A stretch of DNA of 64,000 bases. Source: Parvibaculaceae bacterium. Lineage in GTDB: Bacteria > Pseudomonadota > Alphaproteobacteria > JAPOUT01. The translations under genes were made by a program, and so were the position numbers. The DNA is taken from assembly GCA_963457525.1 (NCBI GenBank), contig OY734805.1, positions 2,138,900 through 2,202,899 on the forward strand. The letters run 5' to 3'. The notes under the pieces were generated by a model that worked only from the letters and a program-made list of their open reading frames with translations, did no database searches and was not told the DNA's origin. Below, one piece after another: positions 10,932-21,247 of this stretch (its first letter is position 1; each line of letters opens with the position of its first letter).

Positions 10932-11480
10932 ATGCCGCGATTTCTTATTTTTGTGGTTACTCTGTTTTTTGCCATCGGAGGAATAATGAACGCTGAACAA
11001 GTGAATGCACAGACGAACAAGGAAAATCTGCTATATATTGATTTAAAGGACGGCCGTGTCGTCGTGGAAATGTTGCCGGAGAAAGCGCCGCAGCATGTTG
11101 AGCGCATCAAAAAGCTCGCGCGTGAAAAATTTTATGACGAAATAATCTTCCATCGTGTGATTGAAGGCTTTATGGCGCAAACGGGCGACCCGACGGGAAC
11201 GGGCCGCGGCGGTTCGGATTACCCCGACGTCCCCTTGGAGATCAATGACGTATCTTTCACAAGAGGAGCGGTTGGAATGGCTCGCTCGGCCGCGCCGAAC
11301 AGTGCAAACAGCCAGTTTTTCATCATGTTTGAAGACGCGCCCCACCTGAATGGCAATTACACCGTTTGGGGACGCGTGATCGAAGGAATGGACCACGTGG
11401 ACGCGATCACGCGCGGCGAACCTCCTGTCTCTCCCGACAAAATGCTTCGGGTTCGTGTTGCCTCGGATGCGGGGGAATAA
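10932..11480 (+). CDS. Cyclophilin-type peptidyl-prolyl cis-trans isomerase, periplasmic
   Basis: Signal peptide MPRFLIFVVTLFFAIGG, then FHRVIEGFMAQTGDPTGTGRGG and SQFFIMF cyclophilin motifs. AGGAGAG sits 4 nt before the ATG at 10932. Confidence 0.85.
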   Translation: MPRFLIFVVTLFFAIGGIMNAEQVNAQTNKENLLYIDLKDGRVVVEMLPEKAPQHVERIKKLAREKFYDEIIFHRVIEGFMAQTGDPTGTGRGGSDYPDVPLEINDVSFTRGAVGMARSAAPNSANSQFFIMFEDAPHLNGNYTVWGRVIEGMDHVDAITRGEPPVSPDKMLRVRVASDAGE

Positions 11481-11509
11481 ACGGCGACCTCTTGTGTCGA
11501 ACAAGGTAG

Positions 11510-11585
11510 GGGCCCGTAGCTCAGTTGGTAGAGCAACTGACTTTTAATCAGTAGGTCACAGGTTCGAATCCTGTCGGGCTCACCA
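11510..11585 (+). tRNA. tRNA-Lys (anticodon UUU)
   Basis: GGGCCCGTAGCTCAGTTGGTAGAGC...ACTGACTTTTAATCAGT...GGTTCGAATCC...CGGGCTCACCA folds as a cloverleaf with a 7-bp acceptor stem, anticodon loop CTTTTAA and a 3' CCA. Confidence 0.85.
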
Positions 11586-11587
11586 CT

Positions 11588-12523
11588 ATGCGAATCTTTT
11601 TTTGGAGTTCGTTGTTTGTTATCGCGTGCATCGGCGCAGGGGTGTCGAGCGGGCTCGGATGGCCCTTCGAATTATTCACAAGCCTGCTAACGCAGCTTGC
11701 GAGCGTCTCCCTCATACTCGCAGGATTGGGCTGGTTCCTATACAAGCGGCCGAAGATGCCCTTGTCGCTGCTGGCGGCGGCGATGATTGCGCTGGCAGGT
11801 GCGCGCGAGCAGTTCTTTTTTGCGGATGCGTCCGTGGATTCCGGGGATTTGCGCATCGTCTGGGTGAACATGGGAAATGAACGCGATGAAAAGGCGTTTG
11901 CCCGTTTGTTTCAACTGGCTCGAAGCGAACAGGCGGACATGGTGATTGCGAGCGAAATTCCCTCGCGCCTTTCCAAAAAGGAAGTTTTCCAGGAGAGCGA
12001 CGGCTTTCCCAATATTCTCGGCAAGCTCGCCGGCGCACGCACGAACATTGTGATGTTTTCACGCCTGCCAATGGAGGAAATCGGCCCTGTGACGGAGAAA
12101 TGGAACAGCGGCTTTTTGGCTAAGGCAAACGATGGCGCGTTTGTGGTTGCGGGGGTTCACACGCCGACGCCGCTGCTTCCGAAAAATTTCCGCCGGCGCA
12201 ACGAGATTGTATTGGACGTCGCCGACGCCCTGGGCGAATCGGTTTCAAACGGCCGGGCGGGGGTGCTGGTCGGCGATTTCAACGCGGTTTCGTGGAGCGG
12301 ATTGTTGCGTTCGCTGCACGGGCGCGGAGGCGCGCGGATTTCCTACGGATGGCGCTCAAGCTGGAATTCATCTTTTCCGATATTGGGACTGCCGATAGAC
12401 CAAGTGTTTGTGTTCGGCGATGCACGCGCATCGGTCCGGGTGGGCGAGGGGATCGGCTCGGATCATTTCCCCTTGATCGTTGATGTGGAACTCAGCCCCC
12501 GTGCGATATCCTTGGCGAAGTAG
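11588..12523 (+). CDS. Membrane-anchored endonuclease/exonuclease/phosphatase (EEP) family protein
   Basis: Two or three N-terminal TM helices, then an EEP domain with GDFNAVSWS and SDHFPLIVDV motifs. It begins 3 nt after tRNA-Lys, so the true start may lie downstream, and it overlaps the hemB 3' end by 61 nt. Confidence 0.6.
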   Translation: MRIFFWSSLFVIACIGAGVSSGLGWPFELFTSLLTQLASVSLILAGLGWFLYKRPKMPLSLLAAAMIALAGAREQFFFADASVDSGDLRIVWVNMGNERDEKAFARLFQLARSEQADMVIASEIPSRLSKKEVFQESDGFPNILGKLAGARTNIVMFSRLPMEEIGPVTEKWNSGFLAKANDGAFVVAGVHTPTPLLPKNFRRRNEIVLDVADALGESVSNGRAGVLVGDFNAVSWSGLLRSLHGRGGARISYGWRSSWNSSFPILGLPIDQVFVFGDARASVRVGEGIGSDHFPLIVDVELSPRAISLAK

Positions 12524-13485
12524 GTCAGGATGCCGTCGGCGCCTGCACGTTTGAAAGCAAGCAAACTCTCCTCAATAACGGATTCGCTGACATAGCCGGC
12601 GTCAATGCCGTTGCGTATCATGGCATACTCCCCCGAAACCTGGTAGGCGAAGGTCGGCATGCCGAATTGCTCACGCACGCGACGCACGATATCAAGATAC
12701 AATATTCCGGGCTTGACCATCACCATGTCGGCGCCCTCCTGGATGTCGAGGGCGACTTCCCAGAGCGCTTCATCGCCGTTGGCAAAATCCATTTGATAGG
12801 TTCGCTTGTCACCGCGCAGGTGCGTATCGGAGCCGATGGCTTCGCGGAAGGGCGCATAAAGCGCCGAGGCGTATTTCGCCGCATAAGACATGATGCAGAC
12901 ATCGTGGTGTCCGTGCTCCTCAAGAGCGTTGCGGATGCGTCCGATTCGTCCGTCCATCATATCGGAGGGTGCAATGATGTCGCAGCCGGATTCGGCCTGG
13001 ACGAGAGCTTGGCGCACGAGTATCTCGATGGTTTCATCATTGTGGATGCGGCCGTTGCGGAGAACGCCGTCGTGACCGTGACTTGTGTAGGGATCGAGGG
13101 CGACATCGCACATAACGGAGACGTCGATGTTGCTTGCGCGTATTTCTCGAAGCGCGCGACAAACAAGATTATTGCCGTCGGTTGCAAGCGAGCCTTCGTC
13201 ATCGCGCAAGGACGCTTCAACTTGGGGAAAGAGCGCAACGGCGGGAATGCCCAAGTCGGCGGCTTCGCGTACCGCGTCCACGGCGACATCAATGCCGAGC
13301 CGCTCGATTCCGGGCATGGAGGTTATGGCACTGCGCACATTTGCGCCCTCGCAGAGGAATATGGGCAGGATCAGATCCTCCGCCCTGATATGATGCTCTG
13401 CGACCAGCCTGCGTAGCGGTGCGCGCGAGCGCAACCGCCGCATTCGCGTTGCGGGATAGGAGCGTGTAAAAAAATCTCTATTCAT
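12463..13485 (-). CDS. hemB: Porphobilinogen synthase (delta-aminolevulinic acid dehydratase)
   Basis: 340 aa with conserved MVKPG, SGEYAM and ILTYFA segments. Confidence 0.9.
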   Translation of the reverse strand: MNRDFFTRSYPATRMRRLRSRAPLRRLVAEHHIRAEDLILPIFLCEGANVRSAITSMPGIERLGIDVAVDAVREAADLGIPAVALFPQVEASLRDDEGSLATDGNNLVCRALREIRASNIDVSVMCDVALDPYTSHGHDGVLRNGRIHNDETIEILVRQALVQAESGCDIIAPSDMMDGRIGRIRNALEEHGHHDVCIMSYAAKYASALYAPFREAIGSDTHLRGDKRTYQMDFANGDEALWEVALDIQEGADMVMVKPGILYLDIVRRVREQFGMPTFAYQVSGEYAMIRNGIDAGYVSESVIEESLLAFKRAGADGILTYFAKDIARGLSSTSTIKGK

Positions 13486-13527
13486 TGTTGATACACTTTA
13501 TTATCTAGGCACGGATGAGACAACAAA

Positions 13528-14493
13528 ATGATTTTTGAAGATACGGAAACCCTTGCGTTTATGCTGCTGCTGGCGGTGGTTTTGGACGGAATTTTTGCCG
13601 ACCCGCCGCGTTTGTATCGGATTGTTCCCCATCCGGTAGCCCTGCTTGGCCGGGCCGTCGGATGGCTCGAAGGGCGCCTGAATCGGGATTCGCACGCCCC
13701 GGGCGTGAAATTCCTGCTGGGCATGGGGGCAAGCCTCGCGCTGATTGCCGCCGCCTTCCTGCTCGGAGGACTGCTCGCGGGGCTGCTCGGCTTTCCGGGA
13801 GGCTGGATATTGGAAGCGCTGATAGCGAGCACATTGTTGGCGGGGAGGGGGCTTTACGACCAGGTTGCCCTCTGTGCCGATTCTCTCAAAGCGGGCCCGG
13901 AGGCGGGACGGGAAGCGCTGGTGTCTTTGGTGGGGCGCGATCCGCAGTTCCTCGATGAATCCGGGGTTGCCAAAGCCGCAATTGAATCGCTGGGAGAAAA
14001 TTTTTCCGATGCGGTTGTCGCCCCCCTGTTTTGGGGAATGTTGTTCGGGCTTCCCGGATTGCTGGTGTACAAAACCGTCAACACTCTCGACAGCATGCTC
14101 GGCTATACGGATTCCCGGTATTTTTGGTTCGGCAAGTTCGCTGCGCGACTGGATGATGTGCTCAATTTCATACCCGCCCGATTGAGCGCGTTGCTCGTTT
14201 GCCTTGCAGCCGCGACAATGACGGAAGCCTCTTGGCGCGGCGCCCTCGGGGCGGTTGTGCGGGATGCCCGCCGCCACACTTCCTGGAATGCAGGTTACCC
14301 CGAAGCCGCTTTCGCCGGAGCCCTGCGCATCGCCATCGCCGGACCGAGACGTTCCAGCGGCGGAGAGCGTTATGCCGCCTGGATGGGGGAGGGGCGTGCA
14401 AACCTCACCGCTGCGGATATCCGTCTTTCTCTTCGACTCTATCTTCGTGCGTGGATCTTGGTCGGGGGAGTGCTTGCCATTCTCGCCCTTTAA
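13528..14493 (+). CDS. cbiB: Adenosylcobinamide-phosphate synthase
   Basis: 321-aa membrane protein; its motifs NTLDSMLGY and GENFSDAVVAPLFW are typical of CobD/CbiB. Confidence 0.85.
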   Translation: MIFEDTETLAFMLLLAVVLDGIFADPPRLYRIVPHPVALLGRAVGWLEGRLNRDSHAPGVKFLLGMGASLALIAAAFLLGGLLAGLLGFPGGWILEALIASTLLAGRGLYDQVALCADSLKAGPEAGREALVSLVGRDPQFLDESGVAKAAIESLGENFSDAVVAPLFWGMLFGLPGLLVYKTVNTLDSMLGYTDSRYFWFGKFAARLDDVLNFIPARLSALLVCLAAATMTEASWRGALGAVVRDARRHTSWNAGYPEAAFAGALRIAIAGPRRSSGGERYAAWMGEGRANLTAADIRLSLRLYLRAWILVGGVLAILAL

Positions 14494-14566
14494 CCAAAGC
14501 GAGTCTCAAAAGCGGCGCGCTAAATAGCCCTTGTTTTGAAAAATCCGCTCTCTTATACTTGTCTTT

Positions 14567-15256
14567 ATGTCCGCGTCGAGAACACCGCCTCCGGCCTCCA
14601 ACATCCCATCTCAAATTTTGCTTTTAGGCGCTCTGCTCGTCCTGTGTTTTCTCGCTTCCGATTCTCTCGCTCCGCGTCAATACAATGCCGTTGTGGAGCG
14701 CTTCGCTCTCATTCCCGAAAACGTCTTCTATGCCCCGTGGACTCTCGTCTCGTATGCTCTTCTTCACGATGGATGGGAGCACCTGATCTTCAACCTGGCA
14801 TGGCTTGTCATCTTCGGCAGCACTATCGCGAAACACCTGGGCAGCGTAAGATTTTTCCTCTTCTTCGCTTTCTGCGCCGTCTTGGCCGGGGCCGGCTACA
14901 CGATCCTCCACATCGGCAGCAACTTTCCCGCTATCGGGGCGTCCGGCGCCGTTTTTGGCATGCTTGGCGCCCTCACGCGTTTTCTATTTCCCCCGCAGGG
15001 GGGCATCCTGGCAACACAGCCGCAATCTATCGAGAAAACCCTGCGAAATCGCCAAACATTCGCTATTATTGCCGTCATCATCGGAATCGATTTGTTATTC
15101 GCGGCCGTAAGCGGCATCCTAGGCACCGGCATGATCGCATGGGAAGCGCACATCGGAGGCTTCATTGCCGGATTCGTTTGCTTCGGGCTGTTTGCGCCGC
15201 CGACACGTTCAATATCCGGAGGGCCGGGAAATCTCAACTACGGAGAATGGCGATAA
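14567..15256 (+). CDS. Rhomboid-family intramembrane serine protease
   Basis: Multi-pass membrane protein with GASGAVFG (catalytic Ser) and a downstream His in a TM helix (AWEAHIGGFIAG). Confidence 0.75.
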   Translation: MSASRTPPPASNIPSQILLLGALLVLCFLASDSLAPRQYNAVVERFALIPENVFYAPWTLVSYALLHDGWEHLIFNLAWLVIFGSTIAKHLGSVRFFLFFAFCAVLAGAGYTILHIGSNFPAIGASGAVFGMLGALTRFLFPPQGGILATQPQSIEKTLRNRQTFAIIAVIIGIDLLFAAVSGILGTGMIAWEAHIGGFIAGFVCFGLFAPPTRSISGGPGNLNYGEWR

Positions 15257-15286
15257 TCTTAAACAATACAATCACAGGAGAAAACC

Positions 15287-15562
15287 ATGGAACACAAAGA
15301 AACTAGCAACGATCCTCTCTGGGCAAGACTGCTCTTCATGCTCGGATACTGGCTGCTTGGGAGCATCGCTTTCTCAATCGCGGGGCTGCTGGGACTTGCA
15401 CAACTGATTGTGCTGTGGGTGCGGGGCGGGCGACACGGCGGACTCCAAGCCTCCGGCAATCTATTCGCCGACTATGCCTACGAGTGCCTCGAATACATCA
15501 TTTTTGCAAAAGACGACAAGCCTTTCCCGCTTGGCTCGTTCTCAAAGAGAAGTGACCGGTGA
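15287..15562 (+). CDS. Small inner-membrane protein, possibly DUF4389-like
   Basis: 91 aa with two TM helices; GGAGAAAACC precedes the ATG. Confidence 0.5.
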   Translation: MEHKETSNDPLWARLLFMLGYWLLGSIAFSIAGLLGLAQLIVLWVRGGRHGGLQASGNLFADYAYECLEYIIFAKDDKPFPLGSFSKRSDR

Positions 15563-16635
15563 GACGATTATTTTTCCTTCTTGTATGGACGGCAATATTT
15601 GCGGCGGGGTCTGCATGGACTCCGGTCCGGGCCGACGAACTTTACATTGTTCGGGATATCAGCGTTGACGTCTCTGATATATCCGCCGTTACCGCGCGGC
15701 AAAAAGCCATACAAGAAGCGCAAATCCTCGGATTTTACAGGCTGCTTCGACGCATCACGCTTAAAGAGGATCACAGCAAGCTTCCCAGGCTTAGCTTCGA
15801 AGATATTCAGCCCATGATTAATTCCATCGAAATCGAATATGAAAAAACCAGCTCAACACGATACATTGCAAGCATTACTGTCAGTTTCATCCAGGATGCG
15901 TTGCGCGATTTCTTTTCCGGCAGCGATATCGGTTTTCTCGAAGTCTCGCCGCCCACAACCCTGGTTCTACCCCTCTATTTTGACGAAACGGGATGGTCGC
16001 TCTGGCGCGATTCAAACCCGTGGTGGAACGCCTGGAGGGACCTCAATCCGAACCTTCTTTCCATCCCCTATCTCCTGCCTTTGGCCGATTTGGAGGATAG
16101 GCTTATTCTTCCGGCGGACGCCATTGACGATATTTCGCGACTCGATCGTCTCGAGCAACTCGCACAACGTTACGAAGTGGACAGAATCCTGCTCGCGCGA
16201 ATACGTCCCGATAACTCGCAAGTCGATGTGGATGTCTCCATATACAAGATCCTTACCGAAAATTTCAAAGCCCGGCATTTCGCGCAATTCAATTTTGTCA
16301 CAACAAATATGAACAAAGCCGTCACGGACATCACAACTCAAATCGAAAATAATTGGAAAAAACAATCCATTCAAATACAAGACGCTCCTTCAACTTTCCG
16401 GTTGCGCGCGAATTTCAAAAACATCCAAGAGTGGACGAAAATGCGCAAACAACTCGAAACCGCCCCGTACATACGCACCCTGCAAATTGAAGAAATAAAT
16501 GTTCGTAATGCCTGGCTGCAACTCGGCTTTAACGGCAAGGGCAAAACCCTCGTGGACGGACTGCGTCGCAACGGATTCCTCGTCTCCCAGGAAAACAGCA
16601 TTTGGACGCTCCGGCTTCTCGAATCCTCCCCATGA
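15559..16635 (+). CDS. Secreted conserved hypothetical protein, possibly DUF2066 family
   Basis: Signal peptide MRRLFFLLVWTAIFAAGSA. Both ends overlap neighbours by 4 nt, placing it in an operon with the hda-like gene. Confidence 0.5.
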   Translation: MRRLFFLLVWTAIFAAGSAWTPVRADELYIVRDISVDVSDISAVTARQKAIQEAQILGFYRLLRRITLKEDHSKLPRLSFEDIQPMINSIEIEYEKTSSTRYIASITVSFIQDALRDFFSGSDIGFLEVSPPTTLVLPLYFDETGWSLWRDSNPWWNAWRDLNPNLLSIPYLLPLADLEDRLILPADAIDDISRLDRLEQLAQRYEVDRILLARIRPDNSQVDVDVSIYKILTENFKARHFAQFNFVTTNMNKAVTDITTQIENNWKKQSIQIQDAPSTFRLRANFKNIQEWTKMRKQLETAPYIRTLQIEEINVRNAWLQLGFNGKGKTLVDGLRRNGFLVSQENSIWTLRLLESSP

Positions 16636-17339
16636 ACCAAACGCCGCAGATGCCTCTCGATTTGCAGTTCCGTCCTGCTCTCGAACGCGACGATTTCCGT
16701 GTCACGGTTTCCAACGAAGATGCCGCCAAATTTATTGACTTATGGCCTCAGTGGGACAATAAAATCGTTGGACTCGTCGGTCCTGAACGATGCGGCAAGT
16801 CGCACTTGGCCGCCGTTTGGCAATTGCGCTCCAACGCAACCCTCATCCATGCAAACGAGTTGGATGAATCGCGCCTGCCGGAACTCCTGCGCAACGGCGC
16901 GGTCGTCCTCGAAGGGCTTGATACCCTCGAAACGCCCGCCGAAACCGCACTCTTCCATTTGCTTAATCTTGTCAACGAAGAGCAATCCTTTCTCCTTGCG
17001 ACCATGCGGGAACCCCCCGCCAATCACGATTATATGCTCCCGGATCTGCGCTCCCGCCTGCGGGCTATGCCGCTGGTTGCGCTTCACTCCCCTGATGATG
17101 TATTATTAGGATGGGTGCTGGAGAAGCTACTCGCGGACAGGCACATCCCGGCCGAAGACGGACTTATACCTTACCTTTCCAAACGTATGGAGAGATCTTG
17201 GAAGGCGGCGGAGAAAATGGTCGAAATGCTCGACTATGCGTCTCTTTCCGGTCGGCGCCGCGTCGGCGTTGCCCTCGCGCGAGAGCTTCTGCAACAAGGA
17301 AACACAGGCAAGGAGGAGAGAGAGAAAAATACACTGTGA
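16632..17339 (+). CDS. hda: DnaA-regulatory inactivator Hda-like AAA+ protein
   Basis: Walker [17 protein letters not shown], about 235 aa. The ATG at 16632 overlaps the upstream stop as ATGA. Confidence 0.7.
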   Translation: MNQTPQMPLDLQFRPALERDDFRVTVSNEDAAKFIDLWPQWDNKIVGLVGPERCGKSHLAAVWQLRSNATLIHANELDESRLPELLRNGAVVLEGLDTLETPAETALFHLLNLVNEEQSFLLATMREPPANHDYMLPDLRSRLRAMPLVALHSPDDVLLGWVLEKLLADRHIPAEDGLIPYLSKRMERSWKAAEKMVEMLDYASLSGRRRVGVALARELLQQGNTGKEEREKNTL

Positions 17340-17419
17340 ACGCCTCGAGTGAACCAAAAGCAACGGTTAACAAACCTATCTCCCTGAATGAAGAACGGGC
17401 GAAGCGCGAGTCACTTTCG

Positions 17420-19567
17420 ATGGAAGGGGCAAGCCTCGAAACTTACGCGCCCGTCTCCGAGCATTTCCTCAATCGCGAACTCTCCTGGCTCGAATTCAAT
17501 CGGCGGGTTCTCGAAGAGTGCAACAACCAGGCACATCCGTTGCTGGAACGTTTGCGATTCCTTACGATTTCCGCAACCAATCTGGACGAATTTTACATGG
17601 TGCGCCTCGCAGGCTTAAGGGGGCAGAGATCCGCGGGAATCGAGTCGTTCTCGCTGGACGGCTTAACGGTGCAGCAACAACTTGTTCGAGTCCAACGCTC
17701 TGCCAGGGCTCTCATGCATTTGCAGCAAAGACATTGGCTGCGGCTGCGCAGGGAACTCCATGATGCCGGCATCTCCATCATCGAACCCGATGAAGTGCGT
17801 GAACATGAGCGTGATTGGCTGGAAAGGCATTTTCTTAAGCATATTTTCCCTTTGCTTACGCCTCTCGCAATCGATCCTACGCACCCGTTTCCTTTCATTC
17901 CCAACCTCGGTTTTGCCCTCGCGCTGCCGCTTCGGCACAAACTTGAGGGGGACGTCAAACATGCACTCCTGCCAATTCCCGGAAAACTCGACGGCTTTAT
18001 CGAGATTGCGCCCTCCGCCGCAAATGGCGGAAATCTTCGGTTTATCAGCATCGAAAACCTTATTTGCCTTTTTATCGAAAGCTTTTTCCCCGGCTACCAT
18101 GCGCAAGCCGCCGGAGCGTTCCGGGCCGTTAGGGACAGCGACCTCGAAATCGAGGAAGAGGCCGAGGACCTTGTCCAAACTCTCGGCAGCGCGCTCAAGC
18201 GCAGGCGTCGGGGCAGCATCATCCGGCTCGAAGTCTCCACCAATATGCCCTCCGAATTGCGTAACTGGATTACAGCCCAGCTACGCATCAAAGACCGGGA
18301 CATCGTTGTTTCCAGCGAGCTTGTCGGACTCCAGAGACTCACGCAAATGCTCGCCTGTAAAGGCACCGAGCTCCGCTTTCCGACATACACGCCGCGATTC
18401 CCGGAACGCATCAGGGAATATAACGGTGATTGCTTCGCGGCCATACGTTCCAAGGACATTCTCGTGCACCACCCGTATGAATCCTTCGACACGGTCGTGC
18501 AATTCTTGCGCCAGGCCGCACGAGACCCTGACGTGATTTTGATTAAGCAGACTCTTTACCGCACTTCAAACGACTCCCCGATTGTCAGCGCATTGATAGA
18601 TGCCGCCGAAGCAGGTAAATCCGTCACCGCTGTCGTTGAACTTAAGGCCCGCTTCGATGAAGCCGCCAATATCAAATGGGCGAGAGACCTCGAACGCGCA
18701 GGCGCGCAAGTCGTATACGGAGTCATGGAACTCAAGACGCACGCCAAGCTGAGTCTTGTCGTTCGGCGCGAGGGCGATTCCCTGCGCTCCTACATCCATT
18801 GCGGTACGGGCAATTACCATCCCATCACCGCTCGCATCTACACGGACCTTTCGCTCTTCTCCGCCAACTCGGAATTCGCCGAGGACATTGCCTGTATCTT
18901 CAACTACATCACCGGGTATATTGAGCCCGCCCGATTAAATCACATGGCAAGCTCGCCGTTTAATCTGCGCTCCCGTCTGATTGATCTGATTAACGTTGAG
19001 CGCGCGAACGCAAAAGCCGGGCGGCCCGCGCATATTTGGGCAAAAATGAATTCTCTTGTTGACGACCAAATCATCGAAACGCTTTACAAGGCCTCGCAAG
19101 ACGGTGTGCGCATCCGGCTTATCGTCCGGGGAATCTGCTGCTTGCGTCCGGGTGTGCCGGGACTCTCCGAGAATATTCAAGTCAAAAGCATCATCGGCCG
19201 GTTCCTCGAACACTCCCGCATCGTCTGCTTTGGAAACGGGCACGAGCTTCCATCCGATAACGCAAAGGTGTTCATTTCGTCCGCTGATTGGATGACGCGA
19301 AATTTTGACCACCGGGTTGAAGCTCTTATGCCCATCACCGATCCGACCGTTCACAACCAAATCCTTGACCAAATCATGCTCGCCTGCCTTGCGGACAACC
19401 GGCAGAGCTGGAATATGAATGCAGACGGTTCCTACCAGCGCATCCAGTCTCTCGAGGGCGCTTCGCCCTTTTCCGCGCACGAATATTTCATGAACAACCC
19501 AAGTCTCTCCGGTCGAGGTAAGTCGCTTGCCGCATCCAAACCGCCGGATTTCAAATTTCGCTTCTAG
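17420..19567 (+). CDS. ppk: Polyphosphate kinase 1
   Basis: N-terminal [18 protein letters not shown]...[21 protein letters not shown], the PPK1 signature, with PLD-like C-terminal domains. The listed ORF extends upstream into hda; ATG 17420 was chosen, and GTG 17335 is an alternative. Confidence 0.85.
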   Translation: MEGASLETYAPVSEHFLNRELSWLEFNRRVLEECNNQAHPLLERLRFLTISATNLDEFYMVRLAGLRGQRSAGIESFSLDGLTVQQQLVRVQRSARALMHLQQRHWLRLRRELHDAGISIIEPDEVREHERDWLERHFLKHIFPLLTPLAIDPTHPFPFIPNLGFALALPLRHKLEGDVKHALLPIPGKLDGFIEIAPSAANGGNLRFISIENLICLFIESFFPGYHAQAAGAFRAVRDSDLEIEEEAEDLVQTLGSALKRRRRGSIIRLEVSTNMPSELRNWITAQLRIKDRDIVVSSELVGLQRLTQMLACKGTELRFPTYTPRFPERIREYNGDCFAAIRSKDILVHHPYESFDTVVQFLRQAARDPDVILIKQTLYRTSNDSPIVSALIDAAEAGKSVTAVVELKARFDEAANIKWARDLERAGAQVVYGVMELKTHAKLSLVVRREGDSLRSYIHCGTGNYHPITARIYTDLSLFSANSEFAEDIACIFNYITGYIEPARLNHMASSPFNLRSRLIDLINVERANAKAGRPAHIWAKMNSLVDDQIIETLYKASQDGVRIRLIVRGICCLRPGVPGLSENIQVKSIIGRFLEHSRIVCFGNGHELPSDNAKVFISSADWMTRNFDHRVEALMPITDPTVHNQILDQIMLACLADNRQSWNMNADGSYQRIQSLEGASPFSAHEYFMNNPSLSGRGKSLAASKPPDFKFRF

Positions 19568-21247
19568 ATGTTTGCACGGGTCTTTTTCTTAAATATCTTG
19601 ATTTCGGCGGTTCTATTGACGCCGAGCGCCGCGAACGAATTTTCAACAATCGGAGAGTCGCCCTTCGGTAAATACCTCATCGGCCAGCACGCCGAAAACG
19701 AAGGCAACATGCGCATTGCAGCCGAGCATTTCGCCGATGTGTTCGAGCAGGAAAACAACCCCGAAATTCTCAGGCATCTATTCCTGCTATACGTAACATC
19801 AGGAGATTTCTCTAGTGCCCGTTCGCTTGCGGCGAAACTGCTGGAAGTCGATCCCGACACTGCATCCGCCTCGATGTTTTCAGGGTTGAGCGCTTTCAAG
19901 AGCTACGATTACGATACGGCATTGGCGGCATTCAAATCATTAGAAACCGTGCCGGCGGGAAGATGGATTAGTCCAATAGTTTCAGCGTGGATTCTCCAAC
20001 AGAGGCAACAATATGAAGAGGCCGCGAATTTGCTCGCCTCAATAGAAGAGAGTGATTCGCTTGTCGGATTTCGTTACTTTCACGAAGCGTTGATGTCGGA
20101 TTTGGAGGGGGATGCCCGGCGGGCGGAAAAACAATATCTTCTCGCAATTGAAGCGGTTGACGGTTCGGTTCTGCGTTTCATCGAAGGTTATGGAAATTTC
20201 CTCGAGCGCCAGGGGCGTAAGTATGAAGCGCGATACTTTTACAAAGAGAATCTGCAAACCGATGGTTTCGCGCAGGGGCTGTGGGAGACCCGGCGTGAAG
20301 CAATTAAACGCGGTGAAATTCCCGAACCTTTAGTGCGCGACGGTTTTGAAGGAAGCGCGGAATTGTTCTACGAGATATTCACATTATTGTCGTTCGAGGG
20401 CGGTGACGATATTGCATTGGCTTACCTTCCTTATTTGCGTTTTGCACTTTTCCTTCACCCTGAACTGCACGAGGCGCGCTTGTTGCTTGGCGAGCGATAC
20501 GAACAAATCGAATTCTTCGATTCGGCATTGGAGAGTTACAACGCAATTCCGAAAACCTCGCCGTATTATATTAATGCACAGGCGCACATCGCTCAAGTTT
20601 ACGAAAAGATGGAAAAGACGGATGAAGCGTTTGAGGTTCTATTTCGTCTAAGCGAAGAACGCCCCGAATCCAGGGTTGCAACTTTGGCATTGGCGACGTT
20701 CTATCGAATTAACGAACGTTACGATGAAGCGATTACAACTTATTCTTCTGTGATTGATGCGTTAGAATCTCCAAGCCAGCGCGATTGGAATATTTTCTAC
20801 GGCCGTGCGATTGCATACGAGCGTTCCGACAGATGGAGCGAGGCGGAGGAGGATTTAAAACTCGCTATGCGTCTTTCCGACGAGAATCCTTACGTGTTGA
20901 ATTATCTGGGTTACTCGTGGGTCGAACAAGGGGAACGATTGACCCTTGCGCTCGACATGCTAAAAAAAGCAACACAGGAACGTCCGCGAAACGGATTTAT
21001 CGTCGACAGTCTCGGTTGGGCATATTACAAACTCGGTGATTTTGACAGAGCGAATTACTATCTCGAGCGCGCCGTCGAGTTGGAACCGGGCGATCCTATC
21101 ATCAATGACCATTTAGGGGATTCCTTCTGGCAGAGCGGTCGAAAATTGGAAGCGCGGTTCCAATGGCGCCGGGCCCTCTCGCTCGACCCCGAAGAAGAGG
21201 AAGTCGTTGTCATTGAGAAAAAACTCCTGCGTGGATTGTCTCCTTGA
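19568..21247 (+). CDS. Secreted tetratricopeptide-repeat (TPR) protein
   Basis: Signal peptide followed by repeated A..Y....L....W......A TPR helices; it lies immediately upstream of ispE and is overlapped by it. Confidence 0.7.
   Translation: MFARVFFLNILISAVLLTPSAANEFSTIGESPFGKYLIGQHAENEGNMRIAAEHFADVFEQENNPEILRHLFLLYVTSGDFSSARSLAAKLLEVDPDTASASMFSGLSAFKSYDYDTALAAFKSLETVPAGRWISPIVSAWILQQRQQYEEAANLLASIEESDSLVGFRYFHEALMSDLEGDARRAEKQYLLAIEAVDGSVLRFIEGYGNFLERQGRKYEARYFYKENLQTDGFAQGLWETRREAIKRGEIPEPLVRDGFEGSAELFYEIFTLLSFEGGDDIALAYLPYLRFALFLHPELHEARLLLGERYEQIEFFDSALESYNAIPKTSPYYINAQAHIAQVYEKMEKTDEAFEVLFRLSEERPESRVATLALATFYRINERYDEAITTYSSVIDALESPSQRDWNIFYGRAIAYERSDRWSEAEEDLKLAMRLSDENPYVLNYLGYSWVEQGERLTLALDMLKKATQERPRNGFIVDSLGWAYYKLGDFDRANYYLERAVELEPGDPIINDHLGDSFWQSGRKLEARFQWRRALSLDPEEEEVVVIEKKLLRGLSP

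Noticed and set aside
17111-17419. N-terminal extension of the ppk ORF overlapping hda by 229 nt
   Set aside because: The extension is Arg/Gly-rich with no PPK similarity. The conserved PPK N-terminus begins at the ATG at 17420, or possibly the GTG at 17335.
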